The notes beneath the pieces are model-generated. The model was not told the DNA's origin, made no database searches, and saw only the letters and a program-made list of their open reading frames with translations. The position numbers and the translations under genes are program-made. From an uncultured Nitrososphaerota archaeon (GTDB lineage Archaea; Thermoproteota; Nitrososphaeria; Nitrososphaerales; CADDZS01): a stretch of 64,000 nt of DNA. Location of the stretch: assembly GCA_963799845.1 (NCBI GenBank), contig CAWCYI010000004.1, positions 96,001 to 160,000 of the forward strand. Direction: 5' to 3'. Positions 31,440 through 41,810 of the stretch are shown piece after piece. Positions within the stretch are counted from its first letter, which is position 1. Every line of letters begins with the position of its first letter.

Positions 31440-32732
31440 TTGAAAAAATTTCTCGTCGTGAGTGAGCTCGGGCTGCTCCTCCTCGATGATACAAAGCAAC
31501 CGATTGCTAATCTTCCCTTTCCAAAGGAAGGTCGAGCTGAGAGCTATTTGGACGCGAGCTCCGGTACGATTTCCGAGCAGGAGATTGCCTGGCTAAAGGA
31601 AAACCTCAAGCCGGGGGATTTACTATTTTCCGATTCAGGCGTTTTGCAGGGCCTTCGCGAGCTGTCGAACGAAATTCAACCGGTCAGCGAGCTGGAACAA
31701 AGGGAGATAAGAAAGAATCAGATTCAGCTACTCGCAAAATCAGGGTTAGCTAGCACAGTCGAAGAGGCCGAAGAATCAGTGAGAGAGGTTTCGGTTGAGA
31801 TCTCGTCAATCCGCATCAAGGAAATGTCCTCGAATCCTGATCTCCAGGCGATGGAAGCAGTTCAGGCGCTGGATGAAGTAGACAAAACTGCCAACATCCT
31901 GAGCTCGAGGCTTCGCGAGTGGTACGGCCTCCACTTTCCCGAGTTGACCTCAATGGTCGACGACAACATTTCGCTGACCAAGCTAATTTTGAATTTCAAG
32001 TCAAGGGACAACTTCGACGCTGATCTTCTAGAGCAGATGGGATACTCAAAGGCAAAGAGCAAGGCGATCGACGCATCTTCGAAAGCTTCGCGGGGAGCAA
32101 ACATGAGGGATGAAGATCTTGCGAGGATAGTTCAGCTCGCAGAGGAAGCCCAGCGTCTGTACGTGCTGCGCGACAAGCTCGCCTCTCACGTCGAAAAGAC
32201 GATGAGAGAGGTTGCGCCAAACCTCACGGACATAGCTGGAGCCACGATCGGTGCTCGACTCATCGCGAAGGCTGGAGGTCTGAGAAAGCTGTCGATAATG
32301 CCAGCCAGCACGATCCAGATTCTGGGGGCTGAAAAGGCGCTTTACCGGGCTCTGAAGAGCGGTGCGCGGCCTCCAAAACACGGTATACTGTTCCAGCACG
32401 CCGCGGTCCACAGCGCCCCAAAGTGGCAGCGCGGAAAGGTAGCGAGATCCGTCGCCGGCAAACTCGCCATCGCGGCTCGAATCGATTCGTTCAGGGGCTC
32501 AAAGGACGAAACGATTTTGAGTTCTCTGCAATCTCGGCTGGATGAAATCAGAGAGAAATACAAGGAAGCACCGAAGGAGAGCGAACATCGAGAGTTCTCC
32601 CCGAGGGAACCGCGTAGATTCGAACCCAGAGGCAGAGACGGCGGGCCCAGGGGCAGAAGAGAAAACGAAAGATTTCCCAGAAGAAACAGAGGACCAAAAC
32701 GCCCGGGAAAGCCAGGTCATGACCGTAGATAA
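31440..32732 (+). CDS. nop5: Box C/D RNP protein Nop5/Nop56
   Basis: LREWYGLHFPEL, PASTIQILGAEKAL and PPKHG motifs. Confidence 0.95.
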   Translation: MKKFLVVSELGLLLLDDTKQPIANLPFPKEGRAESYLDASSGTISEQEIAWLKENLKPGDLLFSDSGVLQGLRELSNEIQPVSELEQREIRKNQIQLLAKSGLASTVEEAEESVREVSVEISSIRIKEMSSNPDLQAMEAVQALDEVDKTANILSSRLREWYGLHFPELTSMVDDNISLTKLILNFKSRDNFDADLLEQMGYSKAKSKAIDASSKASRGANMRDEDLARIVQLAEEAQRLYVLRDKLASHVEKTMREVAPNLTDIAGATIGARLIAKAGGLRKLSIMPASTIQILGAEKALYRALKSGARPPKHGILFQHAAVHSAPKWQRGKVARSVAGKLAIAARIDSFRGSKDETILSSLQSRLDEIREKYKEAPKESEHREFSPREPRRFEPRGRDGGPRGRRENERFPRRNRGPKRPGKPGHDRR

Positions 32733-33435
32733 TTCAGTTGTTCAATTATTTGATGGAGTTTTTCTCGCTCCCGATCCTCGAAACCCCAACAAGAAAATCA
32801 TCACGACGGAAAACTTGACACCGGGCCGTGCGATTTACGGAGAGACTCTAATCCAGCAATTGGTCGGGGGAAAGAAAATCGAGCTGAGGTCGTGGGACCC
32901 ATTCAGGAGCAAACTTTCAGCGGCCATATTGAATCGATTGAAGAATTTTCCGTTTTCAAAGGGTTCGCGCTGTCTCTATCTCGGAGCTTCCACCGGAACA
33001 ACGGTTTCGCATGTCTCAGATATTGTGGGCTCGAGCGGAAAAATATTCGCGGTGGAAGTCGCATCCAGGGTCGCGCGTGAGTTGATGGAAAATGTCGTAA
33101 AATACAGAAAAAATGTCGTACCCATCGTCGCTGACGCAAAACATCCCGAGAAATATACGGTTGTATACGGTAACATCGAGATTGTCTACTGTGACGTCGC
33201 GCAACCTGATCAAACCGAGATCGCGATAAAAAATTGTGATGAATACTTGGACAAACCGGGATACCTCTTCCTAGTAGTCAAAGCGAGCAGCATCGACGCG
33301 CTAAAATCCAAACAAGAGGTCTTTGAAGATCAAACGAGGATCTTAGAGCATGACAATTTCGATATCTTGCAGGAGATTGATCTCGAACCGTACGACAGAA
33401 ATCACGCGATGATTTTGGCTAAATCCCGGAGCTGA
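32719..33435 (+). CDS. flpA: Fibrillarin-like 2'-O-methyltransferase
   Basis: WDPFRSKL, LYLGASTGTTVSHVSD and DVAQPDQ; ATG at 32719. Confidence 0.95.
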   Translation: MTVDNSVVQLFDGVFLAPDPRNPNKKIITTENLTPGRAIYGETLIQQLVGGKKIELRSWDPFRSKLSAAILNRLKNFPFSKGSRCLYLGASTGTTVSHVSDIVGSSGKIFAVEVASRVARELMENVVKYRKNVVPIVADAKHPEKYTVVYGNIEIVYCDVAQPDQTEIAIKNCDEYLDKPGYLFLVVKASSIDALKSKQEVFEDQTRILEHDNFDILQEIDLEPYDRNHAMILAKSRS

Positions 33436-34162
33436 TGTCTTCCTCGATAATTTCGGTCAATGTTTTCATTGTTCCCTCTTCTACGACAAGTCCCTGAAGC
33501 CTTCGTATCGTAATCCAAGAAAGTCTCGTAATCGGTGGAAACTGACTCGAAGTCTCGTAGATCTTCTTCAGATAAGAGATCGTATCGGGATCTGACGGAT
33601 AGCCGCTTCCGAACTCTCCGTGTTTTCTCCTCAATCTCTTCACGTAAGAGTCTCGGGTAACTTTGGCAACTATCGAGGCCGCAGAAACAACAGGATAGTT
33701 TTGATCAGCGTGATGTTCGCTCACAATCTTATCAAACAATGGGTTTCTTTCACCCACTGTGAACGACTTTCCTCCTCTTTCCGCTACCAGGTCTGAAATG
33801 AGTTGACCGAATCGAGTCTGGTTTGTGTCGCAGCAATCCACGAACGCCCTGTCGAAGCTCAATTTGAATAAAATAGAAGACATTGTTTTAGCTTCAAGGT
33901 AATTCAACCGGTACAGACGTTCCCCATGGAACACGACTTTGTCTATTTCCTTCGGAAGAATCTTCTCATAGGTTACCTCGCTCGCGAGCTCTTTGATCTT
34001 CCTGAACAGATATCGTCGTCGCCGTGGCAGCAGAAGTTTTGAATCTTTCACCCCCAATTTGACCAATTCGGGAATTTTCGAATCTTCAATAGACACTCCC
34101 GCGACGATCAGAGGTCCGAGTACTGATCCGCGACCAGCCTCGTCAACTCCCGCTAGGATCAA
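33419..34162 (-). CDS. rnhB: Ribonuclease HII
   Basis: GVDEAGRG, VKDSK, AASIVAKV.RD and GSGYPSDP motifs. Confidence 0.96.
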   Translation of the reverse strand: MILAGVDEAGRGSVLGPLIVAGVSIEDSKIPELVKLGVKDSKLLLPRRRRYLFRKIKELASEVTYEKILPKEIDKVVFHGERLYRLNYLEAKTMSSILFKLSFDRAFVDCCDTNQTRFGQLISDLVAERGGKSFTVGERNPLFDKIVSEHHADQNYPVVSAASIVAKVTRDSYVKRLRRKHGEFGSGYPSDPDTISYLKKIYETSSQFPPITRLSWITIRRLQGLVVEEGTMKTLTEIIEEDISSGI

Positions 34163-34731
34163 GTTTTCGCGCCGTCCGCATTCCTCATCGTCAGAAATTG
34201 AATTATATCTTCCGCAATCTCTTGGGGGAGGGTATCTCTGTTTTCAAAAGTGATTTCGTGTTCGACGGCGTTTTTGGAAGCCCTCAGATCGTCGATAAGA
34301 GGATCCTGAAACCTTTTGTGAACGACGCAGACTGAAGGTTTGTCGGTTTCCAAGACCGATGAACGAACGGCGGTGCGAAACTCTGGACTCAAAAGTTCCA
34401 TCGGTCCGATTTCGTCAACAGCGATTATGTCGGAATGGGTAGAGGCATGCATGAATGCTGCGACGGCAAACGAGGATAGGACCTTCAAATTGACTCTGTA
34501 TTTTCCGATTCTGGGTCCGACGATCCCGCTTACCTGCGCCAGGGACTGCGATTCATCGGTGGAGATGTCCACAAGTCGAAAACCCTCCCTTTCTCCATGG
34601 CTTCTCACCTCCCTCGTCAGTATTCCTCCGACAGTAAAGCCAGAAGTCCTTAGCTCAAGAATGATCTTGGAAAGAGCGGTGGATTTGCCAGCGGCGGGAT
34701 CGCCGGTTAGAAGCCAGATCCTATTTGACAA
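34159..34731 (-). CDS. THEP1-type nucleoside-triphosphatase
   Basis: LTGDPAAGKST P-loop and VDEIGPMEL. Confidence 0.92.
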   Translation of the reverse strand: MSNRIWLLTGDPAAGKSTALSKIILELRTSGFTVGGILTREVRSHGEREGFRLVDISTDESQSLAQVSGIVGPRIGKYRVNLKVLSSFAVAAFMHASTHSDIIAVDEIGPMELLSPEFRTAVRSSVLETDKPSVCVVHKRFQDPLIDDLRASKNAVEHEITFENRDTLPQEIAEDIIQFLTMRNADGAKT

Positions 34732-34867
34732 ACAAGATCACAGATGAGAAATGTTCCCAGCAGGTCATTATGTAAGTAGATGGCTTGCGTTTTTTACAAA
34801 TCCAGTTCACTCGTCACGCTAGCTCTAAAGAGCTATTAGACTGGATTTCGGCGGACGCTGGAATATA

Positions 34868-36031
34868 ATGGGCTCGGTCAGTTCATGCAAAATCAAAGAG
34901 GGCTCGACCGAACTCATAGTACCCGACCAAATCGAGCCAACAAAATATCCTTCGTTTTTCAACCCGAGAGGAAAACTCGTTCGTGACGTTTCCATCATAT
35001 GTTACTCCGCCTGTGTGAGTGCTCTGAAAAAAAGCGGGACCCATGCCGATGATTTGACGTTTGCCGACTCACTTTGCGGTACCGGAGCTAGAGGGATTAG
35101 AGTTGCGACTGAAGTCCGCGACGTCGACCGAGTGTTTCTCAACGACGTAAGCTCGCTTTCGATTGACCTCGCGAAAAGATCTGCGAAGGAGAATGGTGTA
35201 GAACAAAGGTGTGTTTTTTCCCAAGAGGAAGCGTGCAGTTTTCTCTCTGCACGCAATCCAAACGAAGGCGAGCGCTTTGATATCGTCGATGTCGATCCTT
35301 TTGGGACACCCAGCCCCTTCGTCGAGTGCGCGCTCAGAGCAGTCAAACATGGTGGGATGCTCTCAATTTCGGCGACAGACACAGCAGTCCTGTGCGGCGT
35401 ATATCCAAGGGTCGCCCAAAGAAAGTATCTGGGGCTACCATTGAGGACAGATTACTCACACGAAATCGGCATGCGATTGATCTTCGGGCTACTTTCTATG
35501 GGTGCGATGCGCCTTGAGTCCTCGATCAAGCCGCTATTTTGTCACCACGATATGCATTATTTTAGAGCATATTGCACCGTGGAGATTGGAAACAGTTATT
35601 CAAGACAGAACGAATCCGAGATCGGCTACGTCCTTCACTGCTTCAGATGCGGCTCCAGAAAGGTGGTGTCGAGAACCAATTTCTTTTTGGATATCGAGGG
35701 AAACCTAAAGTGCTCAGAGTGCACCACCCAAGGAGTGAAATTTGCGGGGCCACTATGGATTGGAAAGATCCAGTCTCAAGATTTTGTGGCAAATTGCGCA
35801 AGGAATAGCGAATTAGGCTTGTTCCAATCCGAGTCAGATATTCCGCTCTACTACGATCTGACTGAGATGTCCGATATCATGGAAACAAGAACGCCCAAGA
35901 TTATGGATGTGATAACGGAGCTCAATTCAATCGGTCACTCTGCAGGACGGACTCGGCTGAATCGGAATGCTGTTCGGACGGACGCTCCTCCGAAAGACCT
36001 TCGAAAGATCTTGGCTCGACTTTCCCATTGA
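34868..36031 (+). CDS. trm1: tRNA (guanine-N2)-dimethyltransferase
   Basis: FFNP..RD, GTGARGIR, DVDPFGTP, ATDTAVLCG and GPLWIG motifs. Confidence 0.94.
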   Translation: MGSVSSCKIKEGSTELIVPDQIEPTKYPSFFNPRGKLVRDVSIICYSACVSALKKSGTHADDLTFADSLCGTGARGIRVATEVRDVDRVFLNDVSSLSIDLAKRSAKENGVEQRCVFSQEEACSFLSARNPNEGERFDIVDVDPFGTPSPFVECALRAVKHGGMLSISATDTAVLCGVYPRVAQRKYLGLPLRTDYSHEIGMRLIFGLLSMGAMRLESSIKPLFCHHDMHYFRAYCTVEIGNSYSRQNESEIGYVLHCFRCGSRKVVSRTNFFLDIEGNLKCSECTTQGVKFAGPLWIGKIQSQDFVANCARNSELGLFQSESDIPLYYDLTEMSDIMETRTPKIMDVITELNSIGHSAGRTRLNRNAVRTDAPPKDLRKILARLSH

Positions 36032-36620
36032 AATCCATTGAGACGAGATACACCTCGCTGCTCTCGTTTCGGCTCGCTTCCGGTTTTGAAACTTCAACTC
36101 GAGAAAAGGAATACCTGAGTCTTTTGATCAGCGGCTCCAGTTCGTCCCCGTGAAACGCCTTCATCACGGATGAGCCGCCCCTGACTAAAGCGTCCGGGAG
36201 CAAGTCGAGAACGTTGTGGCACAACTCAATTTGCTTGAAATGATCCATGTCCCAGATTCCGGAAAGTTTAGGAGAGAGGTCGGCGAGCACGCAGTCTGCA
36301 TTTCCTTTTCCCAATGCCGCGTGGAGCTTATCAGGAAAATCGGGGGACGAAACGTCTTCCAGAATTATTATGACATTTTTTCCGACCGGTTTCACACGTA
36401 CAATGTCAACTCCCACTACTACGCCTTCAGGCCCAACTAATTTGGCGGCAACTTCGAGCCAACCCCCAGGCGCCGACCCTATGTCGACGACTCTGTGCCC
36501 TGCTCTAATTAGTTTGTACTTTTGGTTTATCTGAAGTAGTTTGTAGGCGGCTCTGCTTCGGTAACCCTCTTCCTTTGCCATCTTCCTGTAATAGTCTTTC
36601 TTTGCTTCATCGAGTCTCAA
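35922..36620 (-). CDS. rlmE: 23S rRNA U2552 2'-O-methyltransferase (FtsJ/RrmJ)
   Basis: YRSRAAYKL, DIGSAPGGW and KPEASRNESSEVY motifs. Confidence 0.95.
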   Translation of the reverse strand: MRLDEAKKDYYRKMAKEEGYRSRAAYKLLQINQKYKLIRAGHRVVDIGSAPGGWLEVAAKLVGPEGVVVGVDIVRVKPVGKNVIIILEDVSSPDFPDKLHAALGKGNADCVLADLSPKLSGIWDMDHFKQIELCHNVLDLLPDALVRGGSSVMKAFHGDELEPLIKRLRYSFSRVEVSKPEASRNESSEVYLVSMDFNGKVEPRSFEGLSEERPSEQHSDSAESVLQSDRLN

Positions 36621-36725
36621 AGCGAAACACTAGATCGCTTAATGTAACTAAGTGTCTTTTGGCAATTAAAGGGATTAAGGATTGCGTACAGGGACGAACA
36701 AATGCTTCCCTAAAATAAGGGGAAT

Positions 36726-37154
36726 CTATCTTGCCGACGCGGCAGCAACTCTACTCAGAGGGGCGGAAATTTCCATCTCTGTCAGAGTTTCGCGGTATTC
36801 CTTTACAACCCATTCCGATATCCAAGGACAGGAGAGCGGACTGACGACCCCGGTCAAGGAGCATTTAGCTTCATAGGGGCAGGTAATGCACGGAGCCGAT
36901 TCAATTGAACGAATTTGAACCGGCATCCTAAGAGGAGTTAGCTTGTAAGTCCATCGCCCGCCATCGAGGACTTTTTCCCTACGAATCATACCTCTTCTTT
37001 CTAATCTGATTGCAAGTCTCGACCCATCTCTACTTGTCAAAATGAGCTCCTTCCAAAGCTCGCTTTGCAAAACTCCGTCACCACCGTGTTCGACAACCAG
37101 CTTGTACACCTTCGAGGTGAGGTCGAATAAAACATCCTCTTCCTGTTTTGACAT
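36726..37154 (-). CDS. Archaeal RPC34-like protein (TFE beta): winged helix plus Fe-S cluster
   Basis: GVLQSELWKEL..SRDGSR..LERRG wHTH and PCITC..C..SPLSC Cys motif; adjacent to tfb. Confidence 0.85.
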   Translation of the reverse strand: MSKQEEDVLFDLTSKVYKLVVEHGGDGVLQSELWKELILTSRDGSRLAIRLERRGMIRREKVLDGGRWTYKLTPLRMPVQIRSIESAPCITCPYEAKCSLTGVVSPLSCPWISEWVVKEYRETLTEMEISAPLSRVAAASAR

Positions 37155-37232
37155 GCTTGTAGCCGCCACAAAAGACACCGGAATAGTATAGAATAGTAAT
37201 ATGTTCGAAGTAGGATTAAAACCTTTCAAACG

Positions 37233-38186
37233 TTAAGGCAGCAAGACTCTAACTCTTTGCCTTATCGTAAATTTTTCGAGTATTTCACGACATCTGTTTC
37301 TGACAGTCACTTCTGTAACTTCGGCGATCTCCGCGATTTCCCGTTGCGGAATATGTTCGCTGCAAAGAACTGAAGCGATATAGACATAAGCTGCTGCAAG
37401 GCCTGCCGGCGTTTTTCCGCTAGAAATTTCGCTTTCGGTGGCGCGGTCGGCCAGGTCGAGCGCGATCCGTTCGACCTTGGGGTTAATTTTTTCTTTGTTG
37501 ACGAGCTTCGAGATATATTTCTGGACCGTTGGTGGAGGCACGTAGTTTTTCTCGACTTCATTCAGTAGTAGCCTGAAATATCTTGCCGACGCTCTCTCTT
37601 GAGTTCCAGCCGCTTTTGATATCTCTCTCAACGATCTGTTGACATTGCTTCTTCGACAAGCAAGATAGAGCGAGGCCGCGGCCATCCCCGCGATTGATTT
37701 GCTCTTGGAAACACTCTGCTTTGCGGACTTTCTGAAAATGTGGGATGCTTCCTCCACAATCGGAGCAGGGAGCCTGAGCTGGTCTGCGGCTTCGGTTATT
37801 TTCGTAAGTGCATTGGCAAGGCTCCGTTCTCCCTGAGCCGAAGTGCGAATACGCCTCTGCCACTTTTGCATACGTTGAGCATTTTGCCGATTATACTGAT
37901 CAAGATACCTTCCGTGAGAATCCCGATTATCGCCTGAAATATCCGTGGAAAGTCCATAGTCGTGAAGCGCAAACGAAGCCGGAAGCCCAACCCTCATCCT
38001 CTTGGATCGTTCTTCGTAGTCTAACTGCTTCCACTCTGGCGCGCTGTCGATGCTCTGGTCAATTGCTACAAAACCGCAATGGGGGCAGAGGATCTCTCCC
38101 TTTTCCTGATCGCCAATCAGCATTTCTCGGCAATTCGGGCACTGGTTCTGTCCTGAAATTCCGGTCTCTTTCCGCGCTGGAAACAT
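37233..38186 (-). CDS. tfb: Transcription initiation factor IIB
   Basis: CPNC..CPHCG zinc ribbon, two cyclin repeats, GKTPAGLAAA and VTEVTVRNR. Confidence 0.95.
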   Translation of the reverse strand: MFPARKETGISGQNQCPNCREMLIGDQEKGEILCPHCGFVAIDQSIDSAPEWKQLDYEERSKRMRVGLPASFALHDYGLSTDISGDNRDSHGRYLDQYNRQNAQRMQKWQRRIRTSAQGERSLANALTKITEAADQLRLPAPIVEEASHIFRKSAKQSVSKSKSIAGMAAASLYLACRRSNVNRSLREISKAAGTQERASARYFRLLLNEVEKNYVPPPTVQKYISKLVNKEKINPKVERIALDLADRATESEISSGKTPAGLAAAYVYIASVLCSEHIPQREIAEIAEVTEVTVRNRCREILEKFTIRQRVRVLLP

Positions 38187-38194
38187 GAGTTATT

Positions 38195-38554
38195 CTATCT
38201 CCTGTCGCGATATCTATTCTGCGAAGAACCTCGGCTAGTTGATCCGGATCTCATATTACCTGACGGTCTTCTTGAAAATCGGTTCCGCCCTAAACTCTTC
38301 GGCTCTTCTTCGCCGACATAAAGTTTCGTTCCCACGATTCTCTCTATTCTTTCAGTGAACGGTTGGACAGACAAGTAGGGCGCCTCCACTGGACCAATTA
38401 ATTCAAGGACCTTGCCGGTTCTCCTACCCTTGTCATCCACAAGAATCGTGCCCTCCCGAGATGGAGAACTCGCTTTCACGATTAGTCGACCGCTCCTAGC
38501 CAAGTGAAGAACGGTTCCAGCTTCTTGCAATTGCGCGCGATCGATTGGTTTCAA
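38195..38554 (-). CDS. gar1: H/ACA RNP protein Gar1
   Basis: GTVLHLARSGRLIVK..GKVLELIGPVEAPY. Confidence 0.9.
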   Translation of the reverse strand: MKPIDRAQLQEAGTVLHLARSGRLIVKASSPSREGTILVDDKGRRTGKVLELIGPVEAPYLSVQPFTERIERIVGTKLYVGEEEPKSLGRNRFSRRPSGNMRSGSTSRGSSQNRYRDRR

Positions 38555-38608
38555 TCTTTTAAGAGTTGTTTAAGGAAAAACTAGACACTTGGGAGAAATA
38601 TTCCGAGC

Positions 38609-39007
38609 TTACCGAGTTATGATTTTCTTCGCAATCGAGGAGATCGAATCTGAAAGATTATCGTTCTCAGCAAGATCTGAAAGAACTCTCATCATTACAA
38701 GCTGTCGATAGAGGTTTTTCTTTACATCTAGCTTGAAATTCTCCAGAGCCAACTTTCCCTTTTCTGAAGAAACATAGCGCTTAATCCCGGGCTCTCCGGT
38801 TGGAACATGCAGTAAGAGACCATTTTCCTCCATCTCTCCCAGCAGGTAATAGACAGACCCGGGGCTTGGAGACCAAAGATCTTCAGTCATTTTCGGGACT
38901 TCGGACATGATTTCGACTCCCGTTACCGGTCTCGTAGTAGCCAGCTTCAAGATGATCATCTTAAGCAAACCCTTGGGAGCGAACACTTCGTTGCCATTCT
39001 TTGGCAT
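38609..39007 (-). CDS. PadR family transcriptional regulator
   Basis: GLLKMIIL..WSPSPGSVY.LL..ME.GL..KRY. Confidence 0.88.
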   Translation of the reverse strand: MPKNGNEVFAPKGLLKMIILKLATTRPVTGVEIMSEVPKMTEDLWSPSPGSVYYLLGEMEENGLLLHVPTGEPGIKRYVSSEKGKLALENFKLDVKKNLYRQLVMMRVLSDLAENDNLSDSISSIAKKIITR

Positions 39008-39077
39008 GCTCTCTCATAAAACGAGCGATGGATAAAAACAATAATTAAACAAGATTTGATGGATGGGTCGATAAACC

Positions 39078-40097
39078 GTGGTGAAATTGAGTTTTGGCTT
39101 GATTGTTCATGGTGGAGCAGGGTCTCTCTCGTTATCGATGAGAAAAGACATCAATTTGAGAAGAGAAACATTGCGAAAATCGGCTAGCGAAGGTTACAAC
39201 ATACTCCGGAGCGGAGGTTCGTCGCTGGATGCGGTCGAAGCTTCGATTTGGGTCTTGGAGGACAGCCAAATCTTCAACGCTGGCTCGGGCTCCTGCACCA
39301 CGATCGATGGAAAGGTTGAACCGGATGCTGCCTTGATGCTCGGCGACCTCAGCTGTGGGGCTGTTGCCTGTGCAAATATGGTTTCGAATCCGATTTCGCT
39401 AGCCCGCGCAGTGATGGAGAAAACCGACCATGTTTTCCTCGCGGGTTCTGAGCCATTGAGAATGTTTGCCAAGTCTATCAAGATGGAGATACACGACCTG
39501 AAACCGACCGAGGCCAGGTTGAAGCAGTATCGTGAATATTTGCGAAAAATGAAGTCGGATGAACTGAAGGAATGGCCCAAGAATTCAAAACTCCTCGGAT
39601 CATATGATCAGAGTTATGGCAAACTTGGCACGGTGGGTTCAGTCGCAATCGATTCTTCCGGAAGAGTTTGTGCAGGAGTGTCTACCGGCGGGAGATTCAT
39701 GAAACTACCTGGAAGAGTTGGAGATTCTGCTGTACTTGGCGCTGGGATATATGCCGACTCGAACTCGGGAGCCGCCTCGGCTACAGGAGCAGGGGAAGAA
39801 ATAATCCGGGTTTCTCTTTGCAAGACCGTTTGTGATTTCATGAAATCCGGACTCGATGCTCAATCTGCTTGTGATGCATCAATCAGCCTTCTCTCAAGAG
39901 TAAGAGGAATTGGAACGGCCGGTGTTATCGCGATTGACAAATCAGGTAATTACGGTCTATCGAGAAACACGAAAATGATGCCAGTCTCCCTTTGTTTCTC
40001 TTACAAAGACAAGCCGGTAGCAGCGGTGGGTCCCGAAGAATACACTGCCCTGTATTTGAAACCAGCATTCAATCAGACGAGAAGGCTCAAGATGTAA
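39078..40097 (+). CDS. Isoaspartyl peptidase / plant-type L-asparaginase
   Basis: VHGGAG, FNAG.GS, GTVG (catalytic Thr), GRVGDS and TGAGE. Confidence 0.93.
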   Translation: MVKLSFGLIVHGGAGSLSLSMRKDINLRRETLRKSASEGYNILRSGGSSLDAVEASIWVLEDSQIFNAGSGSCTTIDGKVEPDAALMLGDLSCGAVACANMVSNPISLARAVMEKTDHVFLAGSEPLRMFAKSIKMEIHDLKPTEARLKQYREYLRKMKSDELKEWPKNSKLLGSYDQSYGKLGTVGSVAIDSSGRVCAGVSTGGRFMKLPGRVGDSAVLGAGIYADSNSGAASATGAGEEIIRVSLCKTVCDFMKSGLDAQSACDASISLLSRVRGIGTAGVIAIDKSGNYGLSRNTKMMPVSLCFSYKDKPVAAVGPEEYTALYLKPAFNQTRRLKM

Positions 40098-40100
40098 CGT

Positions 40101-40830
40101 TCATTCCGCCTTGGACAGCAAGATCACTGCAGCCCCGCCCAACATTCTAAATTCGCTTCTTGAGATCTTGAACCCTTCTTTTTCCACGATGCCGAAGAAC
40201 TCTGAGATTGATGGAAGTCTCTTGTAAGTTTTTGAGAGCGTACCGAATTTTAGACCAAGTCGTCCAGAAGTCAAGAATGCAATAAGTGGAGCGATAGCAC
40301 TCCAGTAAAGCGATATCACCTGTCTTTTGACATTTGAATCTGGCTTCGAAAGATCAACAATCAAGAATTTCCCATTTACTCGTAGCAATCTCCGGATTTC
40401 CTTCAGAGCCGATTCAAGGTCGCGAGCATCTCTCAAGGAGAATCCAGCCATCACGGCGTCAATAGTTCCTTCGCGGAACGGTAGGAATTCGTATACCCCC
40501 AATAGCCCGTTCGATCCAACCCTCTTTCTGGCAACCCTCATCATCTTCGACAGCGGGTCGACCAGAGTTATTTGCGCTCTTTGTGGCGTCCTGTCTAGAA
40601 ATAGTTGAGTCATTGTTCCCGTCCCGCAACCTAAATCCAACAGGCTGAAATTCCTATCCTTGAACTCTGCGCTGAGGAGTTCGATTCCCCTTCTTCTTCA
40701 GCTTTAGATCTGTTCCCAGAGAAATGTATCGATTTGTTTTGTCATATATCGGGATAATCTCTTCCAGAGTCTTTTGGACCGAAACCCAATCATCTTTCAG
40801 TCCGAAACTTTTCCGAGGAATCCACGACAC
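40101..40830 (-). CDS. UbiE/MenG-family SAM methyltransferase; one extra base at ~40699
   Basis: IYDKTNRYISLG in an upstream frame joins LDLGCGTG..FSLRD after a single-base removal (242 aa). Confidence 0.85.
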
Positions 40831-40862
40831 TTTCCTTCAATTTGTGTAGAAATTGAGAAAAT

Positions 40863-41741
40863 TCAGACAACGCTGTCGAATGGCTTCAGAACGTCTGGAA
40901 TCTGTTCTATAATGTCCGTTGCAACTATGTGAAAGCCTTTGAGAGAAACGGCTTTCTTTCCAGCGAGGCCTACCACATAAGAAGCCGCTGCCGCTATCTC
41001 AACTGTCTTCACGTCCGAGCCACTAGTTTGGGCTATCAGTGCTCCGATAACGCCCGAGAGAGCGTCTCCGATTCCCCCGCAGGTCATCCCTGGACTTCCA
41101 GTCCTATTTACAAAGATCGACGATCCGTCAGTAATAACCGATTCAGATCCCTTCAAGACGATTGTAATTCCGTAATCTTTGGCTTTGCTACTCGTGGACT
41201 CCATCTTCGCGGGGAGTGTGTCTCCTGAATCGACTCCGAAGACCCTCTTGAATTCGCCAGGGTGCGGCGTGGTAACACAATCTTTGTGCTTAATCAGGTT
41301 GTAAATGTCCACGTTTTGGGCTTCCGCGTCAAGTGAAACCTTCACTTTTCTTTCAAGACAGATTTCCCTAAGCAATTTTTTCGTACCTTCAAGGTTTTGT
41401 CTTCCCATCCCCGGGCCAATTACTAGAGAATCGATTTCTGGAAGCCACTTCAGAAGGGCATCAGCCGCGCCGGTGGTCAGTTTTCCATCCGCAATGGGAA
41501 AAACTATCAGTTCCGGACTCAGGGATCTGACCGCGGTTGCGATGAGCTTAGGAACCGCCAAATAAACAAGGTCAGCCCCAGTCCTCAGACCTGCCATGGA
41601 AGAGAAAAAAGGGGCACCATGAAAAAGGCGACTGCCACCGATCACGCATACAACTCCGTTATCTCCCTTGTGTGAATCGGCCCTACGGGGTTGAATCACT
41701 TTCCGCAGTAGGTCATCCGAAGTTTCCGAGTATTCCACCAA
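40863..41741 (-). CDS. nnrD: ADP-dependent NAD(P)H-hydrate dehydratase
   Basis: SHKGDNG..IGGS, IGPGMG, TPHPGEF and GGIGDALSG motifs. Confidence 0.93.
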   Translation of the reverse strand: MVEYSETSDDLLRKVIQPRRADSHKGDNGVVCVIGGSRLFHGAPFFSSMAGLRTGADLVYLAVPKLIATAVRSLSPELIVFPIADGKLTTGAADALLKWLPEIDSLVIGPGMGRQNLEGTKKLLREICLERKVKVSLDAEAQNVDIYNLIKHKDCVTTPHPGEFKRVFGVDSGDTLPAKMESTSSKAKDYGITIVLKGSESVITDGSSIFVNRTGSPGMTCGGIGDALSGVIGALIAQTSGSDVKTVEIAAAASYVVGLAGKKAVSLKGFHIVATDIIEQIPDVLKPFDSVV

Positions 41742-41810
41742 ATCACAGTTCTGAATTAGATCCAGTCAGAACCAACTATAAAAGATGCAATCAACATATC
41801 ATAACAAACA

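Noticed and set aside
32542-32718. N-terminal extension of fibrillarin
   Set aside because: Alternative frame of the nop5 3' end; ATG 32719 is the plausible start
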